64,000 bases of DNA from Rhodothermales bacterium (GCA_951812585.1 OX638318.1:1240819-1304818); one strand, 5' to 3'; shown: positions 53,042-63,407, counted from the first letter of the stretch. Numbers and translations: made by a program. Notes: a model not told the origin generated them from the sequence alone.

Positions 53042-56000
53042 GTGGGTGGTCCAGACCATAAGAATTTGGCGCGCCAGCCGTCCTCGTCACATCCTGCGCT
53101 GCGTATCGGCGTCGCCCACCTGTTCGCTACGGGCCGCAACCCGGAACGCCACAAGGTCATCCACTTGGGCGGCATCACGTTTACAGCGGATGGCGCGCCT
53201 CCGGTGCGCAAGGACTGGATCCTCAATCCTGGGCATCGCATCACACGACGCCTTTTTGCGCTGTCCCATGTCAGTAACGCCATGCGGGTGCAGGCGGCTT
53301 CCTGGGCAAATGTTCGCAGCGACATAACAGCGTTCTTTGAAGGACTTGACATGCTCTTTGTGGCGGACCTGGACAATCACCGGGTCTGGTTTGCCAGCAT
53401 CCTGGACCGTAAAAAATGCCCACCGCTGGTAGATCTGCTGGAGATGCAGCGATTTTTTCGCCCCGAGCGCGCCGTGTTCCACACGGAGAAAGGACTGGTC
53501 GAACGGCGGCGGCGGAGAGAGGCCGCAGCCGAAGGTCCGTACTTACCGCTGGTTCTTGAGGAACTGCAGCGCGAGCTGCATGGCATTCTAGAGTCCATCC
53601 TAAGCCCCACCCCGGAGGGGCACTACCTGACCTACAACCTGCTGCATCAGGCGGTCCATGCGAAGCCGCCGCTCTTGTTATTCAAGGCCGTGTACACGGC
53701 TGCCACCCATGCATGGCGCATCAACTGGGGACGCGGGCTGGAGCTCTTTCCCGTGGACGAGCCTGCGCTACTGACCCTGCCTGCCGCCAATCGCGTGCCT
53801 TACGGCGTGCGCACGCCCCCCACGACCTTCTATGACCGGCCGCTGCAGTTCAGTGAGCTGGTTGCACTGTACTGTGCGCTTCGACCGCCGCCGCCAGGCA
53901 CAGTGCCACGCCGGATGCACCTGCGGCATAGGATCGCCAAGGCCTTCCTGCCACACACGACCGAGACCCCTTTAGCCCGTACGGTCGAGGCGCACTATGC
54001 CCGGTTGTTCACGGGCCTTGGAGATTCCGTTATTGCGCAGCCTTTAGCCGCCGCGTGCACTAAGGCGCTGCTCGAAGCCGCGGATGGTGAAGAGGCTGGC
54101 AGGCCATCGCAGTTTGAAGCGCTGGTCACGCGCTTGGCCGATGAGTTCCGGGAGCATGGCGTCGAAGCCGATCAGGCCGTGCTTGTGAAAAATGCCACAT
54201 GCTGCATCCTGACAGTGCTGGACAAAGTATGCCTGGCTGAAGGTCGACAAGTAAACGTCGAATCGCTGGCGGCCTATCTCGCGCATATTGCGGGCCGCGA
54301 GAGCGGGGCTGAAACACTTCGCGCCGCGACCACCGCGCGGGACGTTGCCGCCGCGCAGTCCAGAGTAAGCTTGTCGGACACCGATGATGTCCTGCAGCGC
54401 TTCTACGAGGTCCGGAACCTGGAGGAGCGGCCGCCCCAGCGCGAATACGCACGGTTTTGTGCGAGCGCTATGGAGCAGGTCGGCGTCTATGTAGCGGAAG
54501 CAGGCACCGGGACCGGCAAGACGCTGGGCTATCTGATTCCGGGCCTGGAGTTTCTCCGCAAGAGCAGTGCGCAACGCCAAGCCGTGCGCAATGCGGTGGC
54601 GCGGCAACTGTCCACCCCTGCCTTTGCCTTGGAGGCACCGGATCTGGCCGATGGCCTGGATGTGTTGTCCCAGGAGCTGGTCCCCTACCAGGTGATCATC
54701 GCCTCCTGCACCAAGAATCTCATGACCCAGATTCGAACCGAGGAGCTTGCACATCTTGTGGAAGAGCCGCAGTACCAGTCCCTGAAGGTCGCCGCCGTTC
54801 TGGGCAAGGACAACTATTTCTGCGAGACTGCCCTGGTGGATCTGGGCTCGGACAACCAGCAGATGAAGACGTCGGACGCCCGTTTGGCCTGGCTGCACTT
54901 GTATCTCATCCTGCGACGCAACGATGGGCAGTGGGAAGGTCCGCCAGCGGTGGAGCTCTGCAACAGTCTGCCCAAGCTGCGCAGCATGGCGCGAGAGGTG
55001 CGCGCGGGTCAGGGCTGCTCCCCCATGACCTGTCCGCACTGTCCTTACCCGCAGAGCACCCGCCGCAGCCAGGAAGCCGACATCATTATCACCAACCATC
55101 ACAAGCTCACGCGCATGCGCTGTCAGGACTTCAGGCCCAACAGCGTACTCATCGTTGATGAAGCAGACCAGCTGGCTGAAGGTGTACGGGGTTCGCTTAC
55201 GGCGTCCGTGAGCCAGCGTACCATCCATGCGTACTGCAACAGGCTGACCGGCGCCACCAATCGGTCAGGACTTTGCGCTGCGCTTAAGCGCAGGCTTCAG
55301 CCCCTGTCCACATCTCGTTCGGATTACGCGATACAGGTATCTGAATCCACGACAGCGTCTTGTCGCCGCATTCTCGAGGACCTGGAGCGCATCGAAGCTG
55401 CGGCTGGGCGGGTCGCCCGCCGCGTTCGCGACATGGAAACGCGCCTGCCCCACTGCACCGACCCCGTGCGCTGGAACGAACTGGCCCCTGCCGACCATGA
55501 CTGTTTTGATGAGGAGCTGGGCGCATTGGCCGAGCGGCTCGGGCACATCGATCAGGCCTGGAGCCGGATTGATGCGGAACTGCACAACAGCGCGCCACTG
55601 CGCAGCCGGACCAGCAGAATGCGACAGCGGATCAAGCGAAGCGGTGATGTGGCCGCCCAGTTGGCTGATGAGATCAGCACCGTGCGAAAAGGTTATGGAT
55701 CGGAGCAATTTGTGCACACATACGCCAAGGATGACGCGGGATGGCAAGTCGAACGCGTCCCCTTCGCCTTGAGCCATTGGTTCTGGCAAGCACTTTTGCG
55801 CGTCAGGACATTGATCCTGACTTCGGCCTCTATGTTCGTCCATGGCTCGCTTGACTATTTCCTTGCCGACCTAAGCGGTCGCCAGGAAGAGCGCCAATGC
55901 CTGTCTGTAAGCGGTGAGTTGCAGGTGGCATCGCCCTTTGACTACGCGAATCGCGCCCGCGGCTTCGTAGCGAAGGAAGTGCCAAAATTCCGCGGTAGTG

Positions 56001-56668
56001 CGAGCCACCGCGATAGAGACGAATGGTTGCTGCGCGTGATGTCCAGCATAGCCACGCTCGCGGTCGCAACGTATGGTCGCACGCTGGTGCTCTTTACCAA
56101 CACCCGCGAGATGCAGGGCGTTTATCAGCAGTTGGCTCCGGTCTTTGAAGCGCGCGACATCTTGCCGCTATTGCAAAATGGCGCTAGCGCGGCGGAGATT
56201 GAGAAGTTCAGGCAAGTAGAGCACAGCGTACTTTTTGGCGTAAATCGCTTTTGGTCCGGCGTTGATTTTCCAGGTCCGACGCTGTCGCAGGTCATTGTTG
56301 TGCGTCTTCCGTACCCGCCCCCAAGGCGTCCGCTCATCAGCCACCGCCAGGAAGTTGTGTATGGCAACGATGCGTACTTCCAAGCGTATGCGGAGCCTTT
56401 TGTGCGCCTCAGGGTAAAGCAGGGCTTTGGCCGGCTTATTCGTCGGGCCAGCGACCAGGGGCTGTTCGTCGTCTTGGATGAACGTGTTGCCTACTACAGA
56501 AAACTTCCCTGGTACGAAAAGGAGTTACGCATCAGCTTGGAGCGTATTGACACGGTCGAGATCGCAAAACGCGCCGTGACCCATCTGGGACTAACGCCCG
56601 AGATTAATGCACGCGGCATTGAGCCTGGGAAGCTGTACGCGCATCATGTGGCTTTGCTGTCGCCGTAG
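53042..56668 (+). CDS. DinG/Rad3-family helicase with N-terminal DnaQ-like (apparently degenerate) exonuclease domain
   Basis: 1208 aa. The N-terminus is exonuclease-like (RIGVAHLFATGRNPERHKVIHLGGITF). The helicase core starts around aa 470 (VYVAEAGTGTGKTLGYLIPG = Walker A; LIVDEADQL = motif II). There is a Cys cluster (CETA..CNSL..CSPMTCPHCPY) and a C-terminal helicase domain (TLVLFTNTREM, LFGVNRFWSGVDFPG). Confidence 0.75.
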   Translation: MGGPDHKNLARQPSSSHPALRIGVAHLFATGRNPERHKVIHLGGITFTADGAPPVRKDWILNPGHRITRRLFALSHVSNAMRVQAASWANVRSDITAFFEGLDMLFVADLDNHRVWFASILDRKKCPPLVDLLEMQRFFRPERAVFHTEKGLVERRRRREAAAEGPYLPLVLEELQRELHGILESILSPTPEGHYLTYNLLHQAVHAKPPLLLFKAVYTAATHAWRINWGRGLELFPVDEPALLTLPAANRVPYGVRTPPTTFYDRPLQFSELVALYCALRPPPPGTVPRRMHLRHRIAKAFLPHTTETPLARTVEAHYARLFTGLGDSVIAQPLAAACTKALLEAADGEEAGRPSQFEALVTRLADEFREHGVEADQAVLVKNATCCILTVLDKVCLAEGRQVNVESLAAYLAHIAGRESGAETLRAATTARDVAAAQSRVSLSDTDDVLQRFYEVRNLEERPPQREYARFCASAMEQVGVYVAEAGTGTGKTLGYLIPGLEFLRKSSAQRQAVRNAVARQLSTPAFALEAPDLADGLDVLSQELVPYQVIIASCTKNLMTQIRTEELAHLVEEPQYQSLKVAAVLGKDNYFCETALVDLGSDNQQMKTSDARLAWLHLYLILRRNDGQWEGPPAVELCNSLPKLRSMAREVRAGQGCSPMTCPHCPYPQSTRRSQEADIIITNHHKLTRMRCQDFRPNSVLIVDEADQLAEGVRGSLTASVSQRTIHAYCNRLTGATNRSGLCAALKRRLQPLSTSRSDYAIQVSESTTASCRRILEDLERIEAAAGRVARRVRDMETRLPHCTDPVRWNELAPADHDCFDEELGALAERLGHIDQAWSRIDAELHNSAPLRSRTSRMRQRIKRSGDVAAQLADEISTVRKGYGSEQFVHTYAKDDAGWQVERVPFALSHWFWQALLRVRTLILTSASMFVHGSLDYFLADLSGRQEERQCLSVSGELQVASPFDYANRARGFVAKEVPKFRGSASHRDRDEWLLRVMSSIATLAVATYGRTLVLFTNTREMQGVYQQLAPVFEARDILPLLQNGASAAEIEKFRQVEHSVLFGVNRFWSGVDFPGPTLSQVIVVRLPYPPPRRPLISHRQEVVYGNDAYFQAYAEPFVRLRVKQGFGRLIRRASDQGLFVVLDERVAYYRKLPWYEKELRISLERIDTVEIAKRAVTHLGLTPEINARGIEPGKLYAHHVALLSP

Positions 56669-56750
56669 CATGGCCGTGAACCCCTTTCGGCGCCATAGAA
56701 CGCCAGCCCGCCCGCACCAGGCAGCCTGCCCTTAGCCCGCTATTAGCACT

Positions 56751-57812
56751 ATGAATATTCGCCTGCATTATTTGGCGCTGATCCTTTGCTTTGCGGCGTT
56801 GAGCTGCGCTCAGGATCCCACGGGCCCGGAGCCGCCCGAACCGCTCGCGGCCCTCCGGGACGAAGCGCCGTTTCCTGTCGGCGTGGCCTTTCAGGCGTCG
56901 CGCCTGAACAACGCGCAGTATACCAGTGTCGCCGCGCGCACCTTCAGCAGCCTGACGGCCGAGTGGGAGATGAAGATGAATCCGATCTCTGGAGGCCGCG
57001 GCATCTACAACTGGCAGGCTGCGGACGATCTGGTGGCCTTCGCCAGGGTCCAGGGGATGCAGGTCCACGGCCATACGCTGCTCTGGCACGAAACCACGCC
57101 TGCATGGCTGGAGAACTTTGCCGGCAGCGATCAGGAATTCGAAGAGGCCATCCAGGAGTACATCACCACCGTCGTGGACCGTTACAAGGACGATGTCGCG
57201 AGCTGGGATGTAGTCAACGAGGCCTTTGACAATAACACCGGTCTACTGCGCAACTCCGTATACAGGCGCAGGATGGGAGATGACTACCTGGCCCGCGTCT
57301 TTCAGTATGCCCGCGACGCCGATCCCAATGTGCTGCTGTTCTACAACGACTATGGCACCCCGTACGATGCCAACAAGCGCGCCGCCGTTCTGGCGATGGT
57401 AGACGACTTTCAGAGCCGCGGCATTCCGATTGACGGCGTAGGTCTTCAGGTACACGTTACCTATACGTTCCCGCCCATTGGCGACATCACAGCCATGATG
57501 GATGCCATCGTAAGCCGCGGCCTTAAGGTCCACCTTTCGGAACTCGATGTGCGCGTCAACCCCGATGGCGACCTGACCACGCTGACGCCGGCGCGCAGCC
57601 AGGCGCAGAAGGAACGCGTTGGAGAGATCGTTTCGGCATTCATGGCGCTGCCGTCCGACAAGCGTTATGCCATCACGATGTGGGGCCTTAGGGACCCCGA
57701 CAGCTGGCTCATAAGCTTTTGGGGCAACCCCGAATGGCCGCTTCTTTTCGACGCAGACTTTGCGCCCAAGCCCGCCTACGAAGGCTTCCTGGAGGCGCTC
57801 CAGCCGGAATAA
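56751..57812 (+). CDS. Endo-1,4-beta-xylanase, glycoside hydrolase family 10, lipoprotein
   Basis: 353 aa with signal LALILCFAALSCAQD. GH10 motifs are present: GHTLLWH, WDVVNEAF (acid/base Glu), and the VHLSELDV nucleophile Glu context. Confidence 0.9.
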   Translation: MNIRLHYLALILCFAALSCAQDPTGPEPPEPLAALRDEAPFPVGVAFQASRLNNAQYTSVAARTFSSLTAEWEMKMNPISGGRGIYNWQAADDLVAFARVQGMQVHGHTLLWHETTPAWLENFAGSDQEFEEAIQEYITTVVDRYKDDVASWDVVNEAFDNNTGLLRNSVYRRRMGDDYLARVFQYARDADPNVLLFYNDYGTPYDANKRAAVLAMVDDFQSRGIPIDGVGLQVHVTYTFPPIGDITAMMDAIVSRGLKVHLSELDVRVNPDGDLTTLTPARSQAQKERVGEIVSAFMALPSDKRYAITMWGLRDPDSWLISFWGNPEWPLLFDADFAPKPAYEGFLEALQPE

Positions 57813-58128
57813 GCCGCGTCAGTTGCGGCGCGTGACGTACACGAAATAAGCGCCACGCTCTTCGCCGCTGGGCAGCGTCAGCGTGGCCTGCACGGTCGTC
57901 GGGCCGTCGTCCAGCGCCACGCTGAAGGTGGCGTGGGTCTGGCCTGCGGTGACCTCCTGCGTCCACTCCTCGGATCCGATGTGCAGCTGCGCGTGCACAG
58001 CTTCCAGCGTGGAATCCAGGTGTGCGGGCCAGCGCCGAAGCTCAAAGTCGTACATGCCGGCCTTCGTCACGTTGATGGCCCAGTAGCCATTGCCCATCAT
58101 GCCGCGCATCACCTGCCGATGATTCCAG
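57674..58128. repeat. Left copy of a ~455-bp direct repeat (xylanase 3' end + 6-bp spacer + sulfatase 3' end)
   Basis: It aligns base-for-base with 63408-63862 at an offset of 5734 bp. I counted 5 substitutions, at 57683, 57689, 57692, 57715 and 57716. The rest (57717-58128) is identical by eye. Confidence 0.85.
57819..58112 (-). pseudogene. Truncated duplicate of the sulfatase C-terminal domain (last 97 codons)
   Basis: The 97-aa ORF is identical to the C-terminus of ORF 63553..63969 (MMRGMMGNGYWAINVTKAGMYDFELRRWPAHLD...). No sulfatase catalytic domain lies upstream. Upstream it joins unrelated sequence through an 8-bp tandem duplication. Confidence 0.65.
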
Positions 58129-58742
58129 GATTCCAGACCGCCGCTGGGATCGCACCAAGGTCCCGGGGTAACTCTTTCTTACGCAATCCGGAGAGCAGTC
58201 GACTTGCCGTCTGGGGGCAGACAAAATGTGCTACCGCGTAGTAGCTCGACTTCGGCTTCGGGGCCGGACGCGCGAACGTGCCCGCAGCCTCGTGCACGTT
58301 CAGCGTAGCGTCAGCACCGCAAATCAGGCACCAGTCGCCAGGCTCTGATTTGCGTATGTAGTCAGCTGCCTGCATCAGTCATTCCGCCTGGCACCGACAG
58401 CACTGCGTCAGGGTGCGCGGTCTCAGCCTCTGATTGCTGCAGAACAAGTCGCCATCTTCGCCCCACACGTCCACCCACCAAACCACATCGCCTGCCGGAC
58501 GCTCCTTGCCACAGTCAGCGGTGGCGACCACTCATGGGGGTACACCTCAGTCGACGAGGGGACCGCGCTGCTGCAATCGAAGGTAGCCCGCGGCACGTAT
58601 GGCGCCGAGTCCAACCCCGTGTGAAGATTGTTGATTTGGCCTCTGGAGAAGCGACCGGCAGATGAGTTGTTGTACCTTGCTTTCGGGGTTTGGCTCTTGG
58701 GGTTGGGTCTTCGTGATCTTCTAACCTAATCCATTCTGTAAA

Positions 58743-59216
58743 ATGAAACGGATTTTTTGGATTGTGGCCCTTATCGGCCTGTTCGTGTCTCTTGCTGGTT
58801 CTCCGGCGTACGTATTTTCACAGCCTCTTGCGGAAGGTCCAGTTACCGCTATTACCGACATCAGTCGTGACTGTGGCTTGTCGGCCTGTAACCAGACGGA
58901 TCTTCAAGCACTTCAGAGCACCATTGCAGGAGGCGGCAACGAGGTATTCGCTCAAATCGACGGTAACCTACGCCTACGACCTGAAAAAATGCTCTCCCCG
59001 GGCAGCGACGGCAAACTACCGCTTGGAATTGTCGAGAAGGACACGAAGAAGAAATACTACTGCGTCCAACCGAACAATCCAACGCCTGAGCAGGTAGCCG
59101 CCTTCGAAGAGTGTAGGGATGAACTGCCTGACTGCGACCGTAGGGAATGGGTAGAAAGTGGGGATGGAAGTCTAATACTCGTTTGCACATGCAATTGGAT
59201 CTTTAGCAGTTGCTGA
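58743..59216 (+). CDS. Secreted Cys-rich hypothetical protein
   Basis: 157 aa with signal MKRIFWIVALIGLFVSLAGSPAYVFSQ. The mature part has 8 Cys (DCGLSACNQ, YYCVQP, FEECRDELPDCDR, LVCTCNWIFSSC). No family was recognised. Confidence 0.55.
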   Translation: MKRIFWIVALIGLFVSLAGSPAYVFSQPLAEGPVTAITDISRDCGLSACNQTDLQALQSTIAGGGNEVFAQIDGNLRLRPEKMLSPGSDGKLPLGIVEKDTKKKYYCVQPNNPTPEQVAAFEECRDELPDCDRREWVESGDGSLILVCTCNWIFSSC

Positions 59217-59261
59217 CTGGTTGTACCCATCGTCACATACCACATACCCGCCGACAGAGAT

Positions 59262-60053
59262 ATGCAAAAGACCTTGACATTGATTGCGCTTGCGCTGGTA
59301 CCCTTCACTGCCTCAGCACAAGAGCTGGAGGGTGTCGTTCGCTACAATCATACGTACCCGGTGCTGTATCATCCAAGCCTTGCATTCCAGAAAGTCGCCA
59401 AGGAGGCGATCGGCAGTGAGTTTCAAGAGCCTCCTGCTTATACGACAGTATTCAGAACCATGGCTTTCAACCCGTCCTCCTCCCTCATGTATCCAACCTC
59501 CAAGCCTGCTGTAGAGCCCCGCGATCGCACGGCGCGAGAAGGCATGGAGCACATTGACACAACGTATGTCAATTTCGGGGAGGACACGATTACCGAGTCA
59601 CGCGCCTTTTCGGGGGTCCTATACCTCGTTAAGGACGAGAAGCCGGTCATTCCGTGGCATTTGAGCGATGAAGAACGCCTCTATCTCGGATACTCTGTCA
59701 TGAAGGCCACCGCGGAGGTGGATTCTGCGCACATCGAAGCGTGGTTTGCCCCAGAGCTTCCGATACCTGCTGGCCCAGGCATGTACAGCGGACTGCCTGG
59801 GCTTATTCTGATGGTCACCAATGCATCGGCCGGGGAGGTGTACGCAGCCGATTCCCTTGCGCTAGGCGCGTTGGCTCAGGATATCTCAGCCCCGACGCGG
59901 GGACGGCCGTTGTCTGATGAGGAATACGATCGGATCCGGACAACCGAGATAGCGGAGTCACGACAATTGTGGACCAAGGAGATCCGTGACCTTGAAGAAG
60001 GCAGGACGACCGTCAGGAAGTCGTCGCTGAGCACCCGAGGAACTCCTGAATAA
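59262..60053 (+). CDS. GLPGLI family protein
   Basis: 263 aa with signal MQKTLTLIALALVPFTASAQ. It contains the family-defining motif in MYSGLPGLILMV. Confidence 0.75.
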   Translation: MQKTLTLIALALVPFTASAQELEGVVRYNHTYPVLYHPSLAFQKVAKEAIGSEFQEPPAYTTVFRTMAFNPSSSLMYPTSKPAVEPRDRTAREGMEHIDTTYVNFGEDTITESRAFSGVLYLVKDEKPVIPWHLSDEERLYLGYSVMKATAEVDSAHIEAWFAPELPIPAGPGMYSGLPGLILMVTNASAGEVYAADSLALGALAQDISAPTRGRPLSDEEYDRIRTTEIAESRQLWTKEIRDLEEGRTTVRKSSLSTRGTPE

Positions 60054-60121
60054 CCTGAACAGACGGAAGCAGAATCAGTGAGGAGCGTGCCCGCTACACG
60101 CGTATCGGTCACAGCCATAAC

Positions 60122-62824
60122 GTGCGAAATGTTCTGAAGACGGCCTCGGCAGCCCGCGTCCTAACGGTCTTCGCGGTGTTGCTGTGCCTGTACCAGACAG
60201 CTCAGGCACAACACTTTTCGGTGACCGGATCTGTGGGTGATTCCACGGGGACGGCGTTGTCCCAAGCCACCGTGGTTGTCCTAGCCCGCTCGGACATAGC
60301 ACTGGTTCGGTTTGGTGTCTCCCGCGGGGACGGCACTTTCATACTGCGTCGTCTGGTGCCAGGTGAATACATCCTGCAGGTATCCCATGTAGGGTACCAG
60401 ACGTTGTTGCACAACTTTGATGTGCACGATGCCGATGTGGATGTGGGACACCTCGAGTTGTCCATGCGGACGCAGGCCTTGGAGGAGTTTGTCGTTACGT
60501 CAGATCGCCTACCCTTTATCGTCCGCGGAGACACGATCGAATACAATGCACTGGCGTTCATTGTGCGTCCGCAGGACATGGTCGAAGATTTGCTGCGTCG
60601 GCTCCCAGGTATTGAGGTCGACCCGTACGGCACAGTGATAGCCCACGGCGAGGTTGTCCAGAACATGCTGGTGGAAGGCAAAGAATTTTTCGGCACTGAT
60701 CCCGCCATTGCCACACGCAACTTGCCAGCAGACGCAGTAGAGAAGGTACAGGTCTATGATAAACCCTCCGACCAAGCCGAGTTGACTGGTATTCCTGATG
60801 GTCAGGACGAGAAGACAATAAACTTGGGGCTGACTGAAGAATCCAAGCGGGGCGCCTTTGGGCAGACAACAGGCGGGCTAGGAGCTGCACATGCAGACGC
60901 GGGGCGCTACTTTGGCCAAGTCAGCGCCTTTCGTTTTGCGCCAAAGACCCAACTGGCTCTGATCGGTAGCGCTTAAAACGTAAATCAGCCGGGATTTAGC
61001 GGACGTCAGTTGAGCAGCTTTGCGGGAAGCGGAAGTGCTCTTTCCTTTGGACGAAGACAAGATGGCTTGTCGGAGTCGCTTGGGGCTGGTGTCAACGTCA
61101 GCCAGGACTTTGGAGAGAACACGACATTCAATGCCAGCTATTTTTTGACGGATCTGAATCGTATGCGCGAGCGCACGGTCGGGCGAGACCAGCTTTTAGG
61201 TTCTGCTATATCTGCGTTCAGTGATGAGTCCGATCATAGTGATGACAACAACTTCATGCATGTTGCGGTGCTGAACGCCGAATCAAGGCTTGGAGAAGGG
61301 CATGACGTGGTTCTCAGAGGCACCTGGTCCAAAGCGATTTCGACCGTCGCCCGTATCGGGCAGGAAACCACGACCGACGCCGCCAGGGTTCTCCTGAATG
61401 AGACCAGCGTGTCCGTAGACGACGACCGGGACAATGTCAGTGGAAGTGTGCATGTGACCTGGCGCAAGCGGGTGTCGGATAGCGGGCGTAGCCTTATCGC
61501 GGAAGGGTTGATCGATCTGCGAGACAACAGCGAAACGAAACAGTTGTACACCGAGAGCAAGCTTTACCGGCTGGGCGATTTGCAAACCCGTGAGGAGCAG
61601 CGACAAGAGCAATACTTGCTGAACGACGCCTTCAGTCAGGCACAGCGCATCGAATTGCTGCAGCCTCTGCGCACGGGAAGGACCTTGAAGGTGTACGTGC
61701 AACGGTCAGCAAGCGAGGCGCATCTGGACAAGGCCTACTTCGATCTCGTCGGCAACCAGAGCGTACGGAATACGAATCTCAGCGAGACGTTTCAACAACA
61801 CCGCGAGTACTGGCGTTCGGGCACAGCCTTCCACTTCCGAAATGAAGCGGGGTCGCGGTGGGCCAGCACGGAGATGAAAGTGTAGCACTCACGTCGAAGG
61901 GGAAGAATTCCCATACTGGATGAGACTATACGAAGACGCTATACGCATTTTTTGCCTAGCGTATTGGGACAATGGCGGCTCGGTAATGCTGGCGGTATTT
62001 TGGACCTGTGGTACCGGACCGGCACGAATGAACCGGCACTTCGGCAACTGCAGCCTTTTGCCGACAACAGCAACCCGCTGCGGATCTACGTAGGCAACCC
62101 TGAACTTGGTCCCGAATACCATCATGACCTGACCGTGGGGTACCTCCTGCTGCGGCCATACTCGGAGGTAAGTCTTGGGGCCGACATTCGCACATCATAT
62201 ACACAGAACAGCATTATCTCCGTGCGTACGATTGATGCTGACTTGCGTCAGCGGATAAGTGCGGTTAACGCGGACGCCGTATGGATGCATTATGGTGGTT
62301 TGACCTATAGGATGCCCATACGACGTCTGAGGATCAAATGGGGGGCAGGCATTGATGGTGTCATGGAAACGGAGACGGAGATCATCAACAGCGAGGAAAA
62401 TAAGAGTGAAGCGATGCGCGGCAGAGTGGACTTTAAGATTACGTATCGTCATAGCGATACAATCGAGGTAATCGCCCGCGCCGCTCGCACCTACAACAGG
62501 GTCCGCTACTCGCTGAACAGATCACTGAATCAGAGTTACACCAATAGCACGCTTGACGTAGATGCCTTTTGTCACTTTGCTAACAGCTGGTCACTGGAAT
62601 CCTCGTTGCAACACCGCATCCTCGATCGCGACATTTTTGGCAGCGGCCACAAGGTCTTCCTGCTGAATCTGTCACTTTCCCGGCTACTCTGGGGAGGCAG
62701 GGGCTACGTAGATATCGCGCTGAACGATGCCCTCAAACCAAAATCAGGTAGTACGGTTTATCAACGCTGCCACTTACCTGCAAGAGGAACGCATCGTATC
62801 ACTAGGCCGGCATGTGATGATTAA
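60122..62824 (+). pseudogene. Outer-membrane beta-barrel family protein (CarboxypepD_reg-like N-domain + plug-like region + barrel), interrupted by two in-frame stop codons
   Basis: ORFs 60122..60976, 61010..61885 and 61952..62824 are all in the same frame, separated only by TAA 60974-60976 and TAG 61883-61885. The N-terminus has FSVTGSVGDSTGTALSQATVVVL..GDGTFILRRLVPGEYILQVSHVGY, followed by LLRRLPGIEVDPYGTVIAHGEVVQNMLVEGKEFFG. Confidence 0.7.
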
Positions 62825-62879
62825 ACTCACCTACAAGCCAAGAGTGATGTAGCTCTCATTTTGCCCACATCTGAATGTG

Positions 62880-63130
62880 ATGCCCAAAAAGGGCCGGCTC
62901 CGTGCGCCCGACCGCTTGCGGGAGACCCATCCGGACTGCGTGGCAGCGCGGCGCCAGCACCCAGCGGTGAAATCGGCGATCAACCATTTGAATCACCGGG
63001 GCCTGTCCCTGGTGCGCATGGCAAGGAGGGGTTTGATCGCACCGTAGGACGGGTCGTGGTGGCCGCAAACGTGCACCGCCTGGGTCAGATTCTGAAGCAG
63101 CAGGAAGCACGCCGGCGCCAGTGGCATTAG
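62880..63130 (+). pseudogene. DDE transposase C-terminal remnant (IS4/IS5-like), frameshifted
   Basis: Two frames give KKGRLRAPDRLRETHPDCVAARRQHPAVKSAINHLNHRGLSLVR and then HGKEGFDRTVGRVVVAANVHRLGQILKQQ. This is the typical ..iE..I..LK...gl.R.r.rG..g....v...v.a.Nl.rl.. transposase tail. No N-terminal part is present. Confidence 0.45.
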
Positions 63131-63407
63131 GCCCGCACGAAGGATCCGTAAGACCTTCTCGGCGTCACCAGAAGAGCGAGACCCTCCTACTCTTTGTAAC
63201 GGGGAGCGGGGCGCGCTATATCAGCTTGGTACAAATCAGGCGATTCAGCGACACGATTCGATGCTTGATTCGCTCAAACCGGGTACCGCTGGCCTGTACG
63301 CCTCCCTGCCCATGGCTATGCACCGAATGCTCACCGCCAATCAGCCTGAAATTGGTCTCCGAAAACACCTTTTTCGGGCAAGCACTCACTAAAAATTGTG
63401 CGATCCC

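Larger units (their letters stand above)
58129..63407. other. ~5.3-kb lower-GC accessory insertion bounded by the 455-bp direct repeats
   Basis: This is the sequence between the repeat copies. It contains junction ORF remnants, a Cys-rich secreted protein, a GLPGLI protein, an outer-membrane barrel pseudogene and a transposase remnant. Confidence 0.55.

Noticed and set aside
58379-58381. In-frame TGA as selenocysteine; in-frame TAA at 60974 and TAG at 61883 as recoding or an alternative genetic code
   Set aside because: TAA, TAG and TGA all terminate well-supported genes in this window. No SECIS-like hairpin is evident after the TGA. The surrounding DNA is otherwise decaying.
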